A stretch of 64,000 nt of DNA from Felis catus (lineage: Eukaryota): assembly GCF_018350175.1 (NCBI RefSeq), contig NC_058373.1, positions 115,632,001-115,696,000 on the forward strand, written 5' to 3'. Positions 49,600 through 61,909 of the stretch are shown one piece after another. Both the position numbers and the translations under genes were made by a program. How positions within the stretch are numbered: position 1 is the first letter of the stretch; every line of letters starts with the position of its first letter. The notes under the pieces are model-generated. The model saw nothing but the letters and a program-made list of their open reading frames with translations, was not told where the DNA came from and searched no databases.

Positions 49600-50050
49600 A
49601 GTGAAAGGGAAGGAAATCCTGCCATTTGCCACAACATAGAGGAACCTGGAGGGCATTATGCTAAGTGAAATAAGCCAGACACAAAGGCAGATACTGTATG
49701 GTCTCACTTACGTGTAGAATCCGAAAGAGTTGGACTCACAGAACCAGGCAGTAGAACAGCGGTTGCCGCGGGCTTGGGAGATACGGGGAAATGTTGGCTA
49801 AAGAGAACAAACTCAGTTATAAGAAGAATATATTGGGGGGACCTAAGGTACAGCAGGGTGACTACAGTAAATAAAACTATATTGTATGCTTGAAATCTGC
49901 CAAGAGTAGATCTTAAGTGTTCTCGCCACTGAAAAATGTATACATATATGAAGTCATCACATTGTACACCTTCAAAAAAATCACACTGTACAACCTAAAC
50001 TTATACAACTTCGGTTTGCCATTTCCACCTTAATAAAGCTAGCCAAAAAC
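49600..50050 (+). mobile_element. L1MA/L1MB 3' end
   Basis: aaggaaatcctgccatttg..acaaca..gaggaacctggagggcattatgctaagtgaaataagccagac...aataaagct. Confidence 0.85.
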
Positions 50051-52329
50051 ATTTTTTTTTAATTAAAAGAGCACAGTGGAGATGCCCAGAAAAAGGCTGA
50101 GGCTCTAAGGGGACTCCCCAGAGGAAAGGTTGAAGGAAATGACCTAGACAAAGTGACAGCAAGTGACGTGAGTGGGAGGCAGTGCTGCTGGGCAGTGATC
50201 ATGGAGGCGGACGAGGGCGACCAAAGGGAAAGGCAGTGACACTGGACTCGGGAGTTACGGCACCTGAGTGAGGCGCAGTCCAGCTGCCACAAAATCACCT
50301 TCACGGCGCGGGGGAGGGCGATGACCTGTCTGTTCGTCCACTGATGGCCCAACTGTTTACCGCAAGCCAACTATACCCGGCAGCGATCCACGTGAAGACT
50401 AACCACCGGTCAACAGGATGGGTTTCCTTCTTTCCGTGAGCTTCCCTCCTGCCAGAGCGGAGATAAGCAACAAGCGAAATAGGGCGCGTTTTTATAAAAC
50501 TTCAGAGGAAGACAGGCGGTATGTAGACAACTCAAGCCCGGGGAAAGGCTGGAGAGTGGCTGTGGGCGGGGGGGGGGGGGGGGGGGGGGGGCGTGCCCGT
50601 AGCAATTTAGGTGGACTCCTCAGGGCAGGGCTCTCGGAAGAGCAGGGACTTCAAATCAGTGACCCAGAGAGGCTGGTGTGGGTTGGAGGAATGAGGAGAG
50701 GCCACCCAGGCCAGAGCCCAGTCAGTGATGGGGGAAAGGGGGCACGAGGTGGCACGGGAAGCCAGGCAGCCCGGAGTCCCTGGGGCCTTCAGCTTGGTCT
50801 CATCTTCTCCAAAGACCTCCTACCTGAGATACCCTGCCATTCTTCACGGTGGGGTGAGTACTCCTCTTCCCAAAGCAGGGCTGTTTCCCTTCGCGGGGCT
50901 CTCTTGCCCACCTGCAAGGTACTTTGTCTAGTGCATGGTTGTTTGCAGACAGTTGAGAAGTCAACAGAGCTAAAAATAACAGTCTGGGCTGGAGCACAGT
51001 GATTAATCTGCTAAATTCTGCAGAGAGCCAGGAGCAGCAGGGAGACAGGCAGAACAGGCCGCAAGCACCCTGGGCAGTCTCTTCCCGGAGAAATCATCAC
51101 AAAACTTCTGGTCCTGATCTATTGATTATTCGCTCACCAGTGAGAAATGCACTTCTTGATGTAAAGAAAAACAGCTCTTGGAAGGTTTGCTCCTTCTAAA
51201 GACGGCGAACAGCACCAGCTGTTGTAACAGCATCTTCCTCTGTGACGCTGATTAAGAGAGAGAGAGAAGAAAAACAATGATATTTACCTAATTATGAGAG
51301 CAATATTTATGGTGGGGGAATTACACATGCAGAAAAGTATGAGGAAAAATCACCCAAGTATCACCACCTAGAGAGAACTATTATTAAGGTTTCTAATTTT
51401 ATATAACTGTACAGTTAACATATATTTGGATATACCTGAGATCATTTGGGAGCTACAGTTTTGTATCCTAATTTTAAATTTGGCATTACTTAGCAATTGC
51501 TTTCCCACTGACAGTATCTTTTATAATTTCCCAAACTGGGCTCCAGGCTCCAGCCATACCAAGGGAAGTAAGGCAGAGAGAGAGAGAGAGAGAGAGGGGT
51601 TGGGGTGGGCAAAAGCCAAAAATATGTCCCATGTGGTTGTTTTCTGAGGTAACACCATGGTGTTATACCTTGGCAGTTTCCTGGCTTTCCTCCCCGGTTC
51701 GTAAGAGGATGTCATACAAAGAGAACAGGAGAGACTCAGAGACCCAGGGACTGGTTTTTAGAGCAGATGATTTTATTGGGCGTATAGTGGTCAGACTTCT
51801 TTGCAATGCCTGGTAGATGCATTGCTGAGGACCATGCGCAGACACACGCACACAAATGGCGTGTAAACAAAATTTTGACCACCTGTATCGTGGCACACGT
51901 CCTGACTTTTGCCCTGCTAAGCGGGCCTTTCTAACCAGGGAAGCTGGCTGATTTTTAGTCTTAAGACGTAAGGAGAGCTGTCTTCAGTGACGATACTATC
52001 GGAGATGAACTGTTGTCTGCCTGACTCGGAACCACAACTCCAACTGCCTCCTCATTTTTGGCCCACGTGAGCTCCTTAGTGGTATTTGTAACGAGTTCGG
52101 CCTATGGAACATTTTAATCAGCTTTTGCATTCTTACAATTTTGGTGTCTTTGCTGTAGTTTTCATTGCTACTGTTGGCCAGGCTAAAGCAGGAGCCGAGC
52201 ATAAACCCAACTCACTTCTTGACCGGCCCTGTCACAGTATATATGTAACTTTATTGTCCTTTCTTACTTATCAGAGTGCAGAGGGTCACGTGATGAACCA
52301 TTGTCACTTGAGGAACAGGCACTGTTGGC

Positions 52330-52880
52330 TGCCTGTCCAATAGTCATTTCCTCCTTTTGCAGCCTTGACCACAGTAAGAAAGAGCTAAAAAAGCACTGAA
52401 AAGGTAGGAATAAAAAGGCTGAATAAATATAAACTGTGACTGGTCTAAGCCAATCATGGGAATCTTAAACCTCTTTGCCAGATAATCACTTTTCAGCCTG
52501 CCTTGCTGTTTGACATGGCCGTGTGATCCAGCTCCCATGATGGGCAGAGGAAAAAAATCTGGAAAATATTTCCTTCCTGATGAATAGGATCCTTTGCCCC
52601 CCTTTTCTCATCTTTGAATGTAGTAGGAAGACCTCATGCCTAGAGCTGAGGGAGGCAGCCTAGCCATCTGGTGACGGTGAGGTGACAGCATGGGGGTGAA
52701 AAGCTACCGTGCTCAGGACGCCTATGCTGAAGGGCGCAAAGGAACTGGATCCTTGATGACATTTTTGAGTTAGCAGTCAACTCTGGAATTGCCCACTTGG
52801 GGAATCTTTCTCAAGAAACAAGAAAATTCCTTCCAGTTTAAGGCACTCTTTCTTGCAGGTGAACCTACCCTAATTGATAT
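52330..52880 (+). mobile_element. Old MLT1 (J/K-like) LTR
   Basis: ggtctaagccaatcat...gccatct...ggatccttgatgacat...ttgcag..gaac...cctaattgatata. Confidence 0.55.
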
Positions 52881-53506
52881 ATGCCAATGGTGGCCAATGC
52901 ATGAGAGGCTCAACTTTTCTGAAAGGCGGTGTTGATATTGTAGTAGCTGCGAAACTACAAACTAACAAATCCAATGTCAGGAACTGACCAGGTGGGTGAA
53001 TAGGATGCATTTTTCTTTCAACTGGTGGAAGCCGATCTTTCCAGAAGATGGACAGATTAAGATGAAGGAGTGGGCAAAAAGGAATCATCCAGAATCTATA
53101 TTCCACAATCCTTAAGTACAGTTAAGGTGTCATACTTTTTAGCTGTGTTTTCTGTTGAGCCTAAAACATATGTTTTTGACAACATTTAACAGAGGGAAGT
53201 TAACCTATATGGTCTAAGAACAGGGAGTCAGACTCACAAATGGAGACCTCTCAAAGAGCTTGGGACAGGCGTTAAGGAACGACATGGGGTTTAACTTGAG
53301 CATGCGTTCATCCCAGAGCAGATGGCACAAAATAATGTGTATTCAGGATCAAAGGAAATTAGAAATACCTCTTAATTTCAGCTCTCTTACAACCATACAT
53401 TTTAGTTTCTATCAATTTTTAGTGAGTGGTTATTCATTTTGCAAATTTGTTCACTGACAGTTTTAAATGGCCATCTTCCACACAGCATCTAAAATACTGT
53501 TGGATC

Positions 53507-53740
53507 GGGGCGCCTGGGTGGCGCAGTCGGTTAAGCGTCTGACTTCAGCCAGGTCACGATCTCGCGGTCCGGGAGTTCGAGCCCCGCGTCGGGCTCTGGG
53601 CTGATGGCTCAGAGCCTGGAGCCTGTTTCCCATTCTGTGTCTCCCTCTCTCTCTGCCCCTCCCCCGTTCATGCTCTGTCTCTCTCTGTCCCAAAAATAAA
53701 TAAAAAAAATAAATTAAAAAAACAAAAAAAAATAAAATAA
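53507..53740 (+). mobile_element. Young felid CanSINE
   Basis: TSD AAAATACTGTTGGATC. Confidence 0.94.
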
Positions 53741-53971
53741 AATACTGTTGGATCTATACAAAAACTGAATTGTGGAATCTCTTCAGGAATATGGTGTTAA
53801 GGAAAGTTCCTGAACTTTGAAGTCAGACCAACAAGAATTCAAATTTTCTGCTATTAACTAGCTGTGACCTTGGACATATTACTTTACTTCTTGAGCCTCA
53901 TTTCTTAAATGAGGATAATAATATGCATCACAAACGTGTATTGGGTGATTGAAGCAAAGAATTTAAAGTAC

Positions 53972-54150
53972 AGGGGCACAAGGGTGGCTCAGTCCGTTAG
54001 GCAGCCGACTATTGACTTCAGTTCAGGTCATGACCTCACAGTTGGTGAGAGGGAGAGTCACATGGGGCTCTGTGCTGGCACCAGGGAGCCTGCTTGGGAT
54101 TCTCTCTCTCTGAAAATAAATAAACTAAAAAAAAAAAAAAAAAAAAAAAA
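53972..54150 (+). mobile_element. Older CanSINE
   Basis: TSD AAGAAT(T/G)TAAAGTACAG. Confidence 0.88.
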
Positions 54151-55589
54151 AGAATGTAAAGTACAGAACATGCAGATGATAAGTAATAGCTTCTCTGTCA
54201 ATTAGGGTCTAACAGGAAATAGATGGAATATGCAAATTAGGATGTTTTAACATTTTTTTTCTTCCTTACAATGGAGTTATTTCCAAAGGAGGGAAGTACC
54301 GAGGGGAACCACATCTAGGAAAAAATTCCAGGTTAAACAAACAGAGCTGCTGTCCAAATTTAATTTACAAAGCTGTTTATCACCTCATTGTTGTCTTATT
54401 GAAAACCAGGAAACAATCCAGATGTCTGAGTATGGTGAATTGATTACATCCGTACAGCTGAATACCATAAAACTACTAAAAATAACATTGTAAAAGTAAA
54501 CATCTTGACACCAAATATATTAGTAATATAGTGCTAAGTGAAACAATAGTTTTTAAGATATTATAGAATCTATTTTGTGACAATTACATTTCTATTATAT
54601 TTATAATCTAAATTTATATCTAGATATAATTATTTAAAGCCAGACCCTTAAGATTCTTTGGGGATCTTTTATTAACTTCCAGCCTTTTTTCAGTCCTGAA
54701 AGTGGTAGAGAGTTGATTTCACATTTTTTAGGGGACTGGGGGGGAGTCATCCTTGATTCACAATACTTGGTCAGTATTGTGTTTGGTAATAAGCCCTCTC
54801 AAGTGTGTTTGAACCAGAGCTGTCTCTGAGTCTCTGTAACTTCTTTGGGGTGGGGCTCAGGGTCAAGATGGAAAAAATGCTGTCGTTTGCCTAGTGGATT
54901 TAGAAAGCACTCCCTTGCCAAGTGTTGCTTTTTTTTTTTTTTTTGGTTAATTACGTGCAGGGTATCTGGAGCTAGGAAACCAATCTTCCCTTTAGAAAAG
55001 AGACTCTAAAAAGTCATTGGACTGACCATGGTTTAGCTCCACGTGGGCCAGATGACTGATGTCCATGTGTGGAATTACTTAGGATAGAATAACCCAAAAA
55101 GTACAGCTGCCGGACTATTGTGATCTGTTTTCATTGTCTGGCTGGAGCCATACCTCTGAGGGTGGAGGGATGAACTTTCCTCTACAGCAAGGGAAGTGAA
55201 CTGAAGTGGTTACAGTGTGACAGGTAGTAATGATATTAATAGGAAACATACATGTCCAAAAGTGTTCTAAGGATTCTACTTGAATCACCCCTTTAAATCC
55301 TCAAAATACCCTGTAGAGAAGATACTATTATCAGTGTAATTTTACAGAAGGAACCCATACACAGAGAGGTTAAGTACCTTGTCCACAGTTAAAGAGCCAG
55401 AAAGTAACAGAGATGGAATTCGAACCTCAGTTTGGGTGCAGAGCTGGGTTCTAACATTATGATCTGTTGCCTCTGTGAAGTGTGTGTAATGTCCTTGAGT
55501 GAAGCTGGCAGGACATAAGCAAATGGGAGAAGGGGAAAGTGGGCAAACTGGAGATGAATGTCCTGCCTGAAGAGACAGCTACCAGTCAG

Positions 55590-56465
55590 CAACTGCTGTT
55601 GTAAAGGAATGTGGGCTCAGTGTTTCCAGATGATGTGAGTTTTCAAGAGAAAATGGAAATCTGGATTTTTAAGTAAAATTCCTAATTTAAGTTTTTAAAT
55701 TTTTTTATGTTTTTAAAGTTTAATTTTTTTTTTGCAAGAGAGCGGGGAGGGGCAGAGAGGGAGGAAGAGAGAAAATCCCAAGCAGCCTATGCGCTGTCAG
55801 CACAGAGCTCGACGCGGAGCTGGATCTCACAAACCGGGAGTTCATGACCTGGGCCAAAATCAAGAGTCAGATGCTTAACTGACTGAGCCACCCAGGCACT
55901 CCAAGTACAATTCCTAATTTTATTTTTATTTTTTTTATTTTTTTTCAACGTTTATTTATTTTTGAGACAGAGAGAGACAGAGCATGAATGGGGGAGGGGC
56001 AGAGAGAGAGGGAGACACAGAATCAGAAGCAGGCTCCAGGCTCTGAGCCATCAGCCCAGAGCCCGACGCGGGGCTCGAACTCACAGACCGCGAGATCGTG
56101 ACCTGAGCTGAAGTCGGACGCTTAACCGACTGAGCCACGCAGGCGCCCCTATTTTTATTTTTTTTAAATGTTTTTATTTATTTTTGAGAGAGAGAGAGAC
56201 AGCATGAGCAGGGGAGGGGTAGAGAGAGGGAGACACAGGATCCAAAGCAGGCCCCAGGCTCCACGTTGTCAGCGCAGAGCCTGATGCAGGGCTCAAACTC
56301 ACAAACCACGAGATTGTGACCTGAGCCGAAGTCAGACGCTCAACCAACTGAGCCACCCAGGCGCCCCTAAGTAAAATTCCTAATTTTAAAGTATACTGCT
56401 GGCCAAAACACACACATATGTAACACACATTCATACTATCATGGACTAGTAATTTCTGAACCCTG
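55590..56465. mobile_element. MER103-like hAT element split by three antisense CanSINEs (55690-55902, 55920-56149, 56150-56368)
   Basis: ggaatgtgggctcagtgtttccagat...ttttcaagagaa...aaatctggatttt left of the SINEs continues as ...ggccaaaacacacacat... on the right. AAGTA(A/C)AATTCCTAATTT occurs three times. Confidence 0.7.
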
Positions 56466-56909
56466 CGTTAAAGAGGATGGACATTTCCATGTTCAATCAT
56501 ACCCAAAAAAGAAGATAGCGGAGTTGATGGACCTTAGATGGGAGGGAGGAAAAAAACTCCACCATTTATTATGTTGTCATGTTAAGTTAATTTATGTCTC
56601 TGTTTTCTCATCTATAAGTTGGTGTGGAAAACAGTATTATCTCATAGGGTTTAGGTGGGGGTTAACTGGGATAACCAACTTTTTAGAGTACCAACCTGGG
56701 ACACAGCCAGGCCAGACAAAAATATATGTAATATATAATGTATATTATAAGTGCATAGAGTAAATGTATTACATACAATATATAATTATGATTAACATAA
56801 ATACGCTTTATTAGTTTAACAAAAAATTTAGAAGATAGGTGTTTATTTGAAATTATACATCATTCTGTATTATTTACTTTTTTTAGTTTACTTTTAAATA
56901 CTTTTTACT

Positions 56910-57360
56910 TTTTAAAAATTTTTTTAATGTTTATTTTTGAGAAACAGAGTGAGAGTGGAGGAGGGGTAGAGAGGGAGGGAGACACAAAATTGGAAGCAGG
57001 CTCCAGGCTCCGAGCTGTCAGCACAGAGCCCGATGTGGGGCTCAAACCCACGAACCATGAGATCATGACCTGAGCTGAAGTCGGACGCTTAACCGACTGA
57101 GCCACCCAAGTGCCCCATACTTTCAAATACTTTTAAACAATAGCATGTTGGGGCACCTGAGTGGCTCAGTCAGTTGAGCATCTGACTTCAGCTCAGGTCA
57201 TGATCTCATGGTTTATGGGTTCGAGCCCCACATCGGGCTCTGTGCTGACAGCTCTCAGCCTGGGGCCTGCTTCAGATTCTGTCTCCCTCTCTCTCTGCCC
57301 CTCTCCCAATCATAGTCTATCTCTCTCTCTGAAAAATAAACATTAAAATTTTTTTTAAAA
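56910..57360. mobile_element. Head-to-head inverted CanSINE pair (56910-57116 minus; 57149-57360 plus)
   Basis: Two bodies in opposite orientation about 33 bp apart. Confidence 0.92.
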
Positions 57361-58072
57361 ATAAACAATTACATAGTGCTACTATTATTAACATAATTAT
57401 GTTAATTAGAACAATAAGAAGCTGTCCCAGAACCATTTGTTCAAAAGACTCTCTTTCCCCCACTGAACGGTCTTGGCACCTTGTTGAATATCAGCTGCCC
57501 ATAGACGCATCGGTTTATTGTGTATGTTAAGACACGTAAGACTTTTTTTTAAAAGAAGCGTGTAAATCAATAGGACTAATTAGACAGGTATTACCTATTT
57601 AACTTTTTAATTTAATTATCTAATTAAAATAATAATGAACTTTATCTTTCTGTCCCATATTTTGCTGTTTTCCTTTCCCAATAATACTTCTCTGAACTCC
57701 TTACAACCTTTAGAACTTGCTTCTCTTTTTTAACATAATGGTAAAATTGAGCGGTAAAACATAAAATTCACTTTGACTTGCAGTTTTGCTCTTCTCAGGC
57801 CTGCGTGACTCAGAATCCAGGTATGGGTCCAATGTGATGACATCAAGCTAAATGTCATCGTTAACAGAAGCATGTGCACATGGAATACTGAGGATTTTAC
57901 TTCCAACCAGCAGATTTTCAGACTCGTAGAAATCAGTTTCCGGTTCTCCAGAAATGTCTATCCACATGTTTCCATAGGGCTGTTTTGACAGATTAGTTCT
58001 TTGTCAATTAATTAGGTCCTTTGCCTCTATGGATTCATCATATAGGCGATCCAGGTCTTAAAAATATTCTAA

Positions 58073-58246
58073 GGGGTGCCTAGGTGCCTCAGTTGGTTGA
58101 GCAACCAACTCTTGATTTCAGCTCAGGTCATGATCCCACGGTCATGGGATCAAGCCCTGCATCGGATTCTGCAATGAGCGTGTAGCCTGCTTATGATTCT
58201 CTCTCCCTTTGCCCCTCTCCCCCACTCGCATTCTTTCTCTCTAAAA

Positions 58247-58302
<56 letters not shown>

Positions 58303-58582
58303 ATTCTGAAACACATTAAATGCTATCGTAATTTTAACCTCTCTTTCTCAGGAAAAATAGTTTAAAATCTGTTTCTTTAATGTTTTTATTTATTTTTGAG
58401 ACAGAGAGAGACAAAGCATGAGCAGGGGAGGGGCAGAGAGAGAGGGAGACACAGAATTTGAAGCAGGCTCCAGGCTCTGAGCTGTCAGCACAGAGCCTGA
58501 TGCAGGGCTTGAACTCACAGACGTGAGATCATGAGCTGAGCCGAAGTCGGACACTCAACCAACTGAGCCACCCAGACACCCC
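58073..58582. mobile_element. Tail-to-tail CanSINE pair (58073-58300 plus with a (TAAA)n tail; 58370-58582 minus)
   Basis: Directly visible bodies; TSD-like AATATTCT around the first and TCAGGAAAAAT around the second. Confidence 0.9.
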
Positions 58583-59406
58583 TCAGGAAAAATCATTTTA
58601 AAGCACTGAGGTAACTTAACTTGTGAAACTGAATTTGGAGTCCACATAAGTTACCATGTAGTAAAGAAATTCAGAAGTCCTGTTTAACTCGGTGTCTTTT
58701 TCTGGTAGCATTTTTTTCTTTTGAATTGTGGAGCAGTCTTATTTCCAAAACATGAGTCATTTTTCACAGTATTAGTTTTTGTCACAACTAACAAACATCA
58801 AACTCTGGTGGCAATCAGTTTATTCACTTTTAGGCCTCGTAGGGCCTCTTCAGAGATCATCAAACAATTTTAGAGAGCAGCATATACATTTCTGTTTTAT
58901 CGGAATCCTTGTTTTCTTCAACGTATTTCCAAATTAGAGAAGGATATTCTTCTCATCCCACACTTTGAAGATTTGATTTTATGGTAGGCCAACATTTTAA
59001 CATCTTTTATATGGAAGGCAACAATGATAGCTGTCTTATAGGCACATGCATAATGAGGCTATCTCCTGTTCTGTAAAATAAAAAATCTCATTAAGTGCCT
59101 TTGTACATTTTGAGAACTGAAAAAAGACTAAAATTTTTCATGATGAAAGCCTCAATTTCACAGGTAAACAAGCCACCCCTTGTTAGCAGTGTTAGATACC
59201 AAATGTACAGGCTACTTAGAAACTATGATATATTCATTTTCTTTGGTAAGATATTTATGGACTGAATGGAACTCAGCAAAACTGAACTTTGCACTGTCTG
59301 GTGAATGTGTAGCTAGACGAACAAATCTAGTTTGTATTTGGATAAGATACCAATAATCTTTTGTCTTATTTTTGTGTGTGTGTGCTTCCATTAAAATCTT
59401 GGTAGA

Positions 59407-59620
59407 GGGGCGCCTGGGTGGCTCAGTCGGTTAAGCGTCCGACTTCAGCTCAGGTCACGATCTCACGGTCCGCGAGTTCGAGCCCCGCGTCGGGCTCTGG
59501 GCTGATGGCTCGGAGCCTGGTGCCTGTTTCCGATTCTGTGTCTCCCTCCCTCTCTGCCCCTCCCCCGTTCATGCTCTGTCTCTCTCTGTCTCAAAAATAA
59601 ATAAACGTTAAAAAAAAAAT
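59407..59620 (+). mobile_element. Young CanSINE interrupting the fossil transposase
   Basis: Perfect TSD AAAATCTTGGTAGA. Confidence 0.94.
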
Positions 59621-61145
59621 CTTGGTAGAAATCAAGAAGATGAGTTGAAAACTCCAGTTTTGAAATCAAAGTACACGAGAGCTGAAGGGGACATTTTTTT
59701 TTACATTTCAATGATTCGAAGCATCATCTACTGTTCCCTAGAAGCAGGATCTTGATGATAACTGAAGAATTGACTCCACGCTGTAAGGCGCCAGCACGTC
59801 TGTCGTGAAACTTTGCCCTTTTGTTTGCCCATAGGACTTTCTAGCTGCAACTTTTGAATCAAGAAACGTAACTTCACTCAATTTCATGGAGCAGTCAAGG
59901 GAACTATAATGGTAATGTATTTGTTTTTTCCCATGGGGCACCCAAGGCAATTCAGCAGCTATACTTTTCAAGTTAGCATTTGTGTCTTTTGTGGGAGGGA
60001 CAATAAAGTTTTTATTGATTTAGAAGTACTTGCCTACCTCATCCCAGATTTGTGAGATCATTTCTCTATGTGCTTTCACTTCCCATCTCCACCATGCCCA
60101 ATCCCAAAGACTGTGCAGTATGTTGTTCTGGTTTTGTATCTCCCTAACCCAGCTGTATGTACGTCTTTCCATTTATTATTTAAGTAACACATTTTGCTTT
60201 ATTTTTTAGTGAAGTTTGGGACATGCTGGCTTTGGCACTATAATCATACTCATTATCTGAACTCTTAGAAAACATGGTCACAATATTCACAATGTGAAAC
60301 AACAAACTAGTGCTACCTTCATAAAAAGCAAAACAGTCCGGAGGCAATTGTGCGCAAACCGCTAACAGTCATGGTTACAATGCACTTGAGATGCACGCTT
60401 CAGCTGCATCACTGGGAGTGACCAAAATGGGTGATCCATTACTGTGGAGTGCAAATCATGGTTGCCCACATCAGTGGACAACGGGAAATCAACAGTGGCT
60501 ACAAAAGATGGGTAGTCTATGCTGTATCTCTTTGACACTAAAAAGCAATGTTGCTTTCAGCCTCTATTCTTTGGGCCACTCTATGAAGTTTGTACTTTTC
60601 CTTCAACCTTCTGTACTCATCACTGAAAATCAGGCCTTTTTTCTCAGGGAGAGGGTCTACTGAGACCAGGACTTACAATACTAAAATTGAACACCTGACA
60701 GCAAACCGAGAGGGTTGGTCACTCTAGCCAATTACATAAGATAATACACATAAAGCACTTAGCACGATGCCAAGGACAGAAGTGTTCATTAGGGCCTCAA
60801 GGAAGTTGAATCTGGAGTTAGGGCACAGAGATGCTCCGAGGTTTCCCAGTGATGGGAACGAACTGGTCCAGCTATATGGCGGCAAGGAAGGAGACTGGGA
60901 AAGAGGTGCCCAATAAGGACTCTGAGATGGATCTAGGTTGGTAGCTTTATTTTATTTGTTGTTTATGATTCTCCATCAAGCTGCATATAAAGCTTTAGCT
61001 AGGTTTTTTTTATGAGGTCCATCGGCAAGGGAGACAGCAGTGGGGCGGCTAGACGCCAGAGAAAGACCACGCTGGAGCTGTTCCTTAACAAATGAAACTT
61101 AGAAAAACCTGGGGTACACTATGAGTGTATTAAGTCCTTGCACGG

Positions 61146-61328
61146 TAGAACTGCCAAAAAAAATTCGGGACACCCTGTGAAATATGAATTTCAGACAAAC
61201 AGCACTTTTTAAATATAAGTACTTCTCAAGTATTATATGGGAAATAAACTAAGCAATTATTCATTTTATTTGAAATTAAAATCTAACTGGGGATATTGTA
61301 CCTTTACTTGCTAAATCGGATAACTCTA
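61146..61328. mobile_element. MER53-like palindromic MITE
   Basis: Imperfect inverted arms (gggacaccctgtgaaatatgaatttcagacaaac / ttttatttgaaattaaaatctaactggggatattgt), ending ttgctaaatcggataactcta. Confidence 0.75.
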
Positions 61329-61689
61329 TTGCATTGGGCAAGTGGGACCTTATGAAATGTAACTGATTTTTTTATCACAATATGGGAAAGCCCAGAGATA
61401 GAGTGATCAATTGACAGACAACTGAAAAGTTAGAAACTAAAGGTTAAAAATGGTTATAATTGAATAGCAGTATTATAGTGATTTTAATGTACTTTTCCTA
61501 AATTCTACTTTTTCTAAATATTGTTATATTAATGTATAATTCAAATAGTATAGTGTTTGTGTTAGGGAGATCTAGAGAAGCACCCAAAGGATGCATTACT
61601 CAGAACTAGCTAGCTGTTGTAATACACAATCCCCAACTTCAGTAGCGAAACCCAATGAAAACTCCTTCCTCATATAAAAGTCAAAATGG

Positions 61690-61693
<4 letters not shown>

Positions 61694-61740
<47 letters not shown>
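61694..61740. repeat. (TTTA)n microsatellite
   Basis: Directly visible. Confidence 0.93.
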
Positions 61741-61742
<2 letters not shown>

Positions 61743-61909
61743 TGGACTCATGGATATTAATTTTATACTTTGAGCTACAATCTTATAGCACATTATTTAC
61801 TAAGCTGCTCAAATATTTCAGCTTTGGCCATTGGTAGTTCTTTCCATTGACTCCTGGTGCCCCTTTGACATACCTATCAATGTGAATTTACATTTTTTTA
61901 TTACTTAAG

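Larger units (their letters stand above)
56667..60726 (-). mobile_element. Near full-length fossil hAT DNA transposon (Blackjack-like) with a decayed transposase, interrupted by CanSINEs
   Basis: Terminal inverted repeats TAGAGTGACCAAC (minus, from 60726) and TGGGATAACCAAC (plus, 56667). Colinear minus-strand peptide relics: YSSLDCSMKL...GQTK...VLAPYS, DASNH, LLDFYQD, SPDSA...*PVHLVSNTA, HVPIRQLSLLPSI, LSIPCAHASV / FSLMSSHWT...KLQVKVNF. Confidence 0.8.

Noticed and set aside
54476..54485. Another CTAAAAATAA MEF2-like motif
   Set aside because: It sits in very AT-rich, L1-like sequence where such matches arise by chance.
3576..59711. Recurrent ORFs with 'GQRETEHERGRGRERGRHRIGNRLQA' or 'GAPGWRSRLSVRLQPGHDL' peptides
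   Set aside because: These are translations of CanSINE copies, not a protein family.
57720..60000. Domesticated transposase gene (ZBED-like)
   Set aside because: Multiple stops, frameshifts and SINE insertions show a neutrally decaying fossil.
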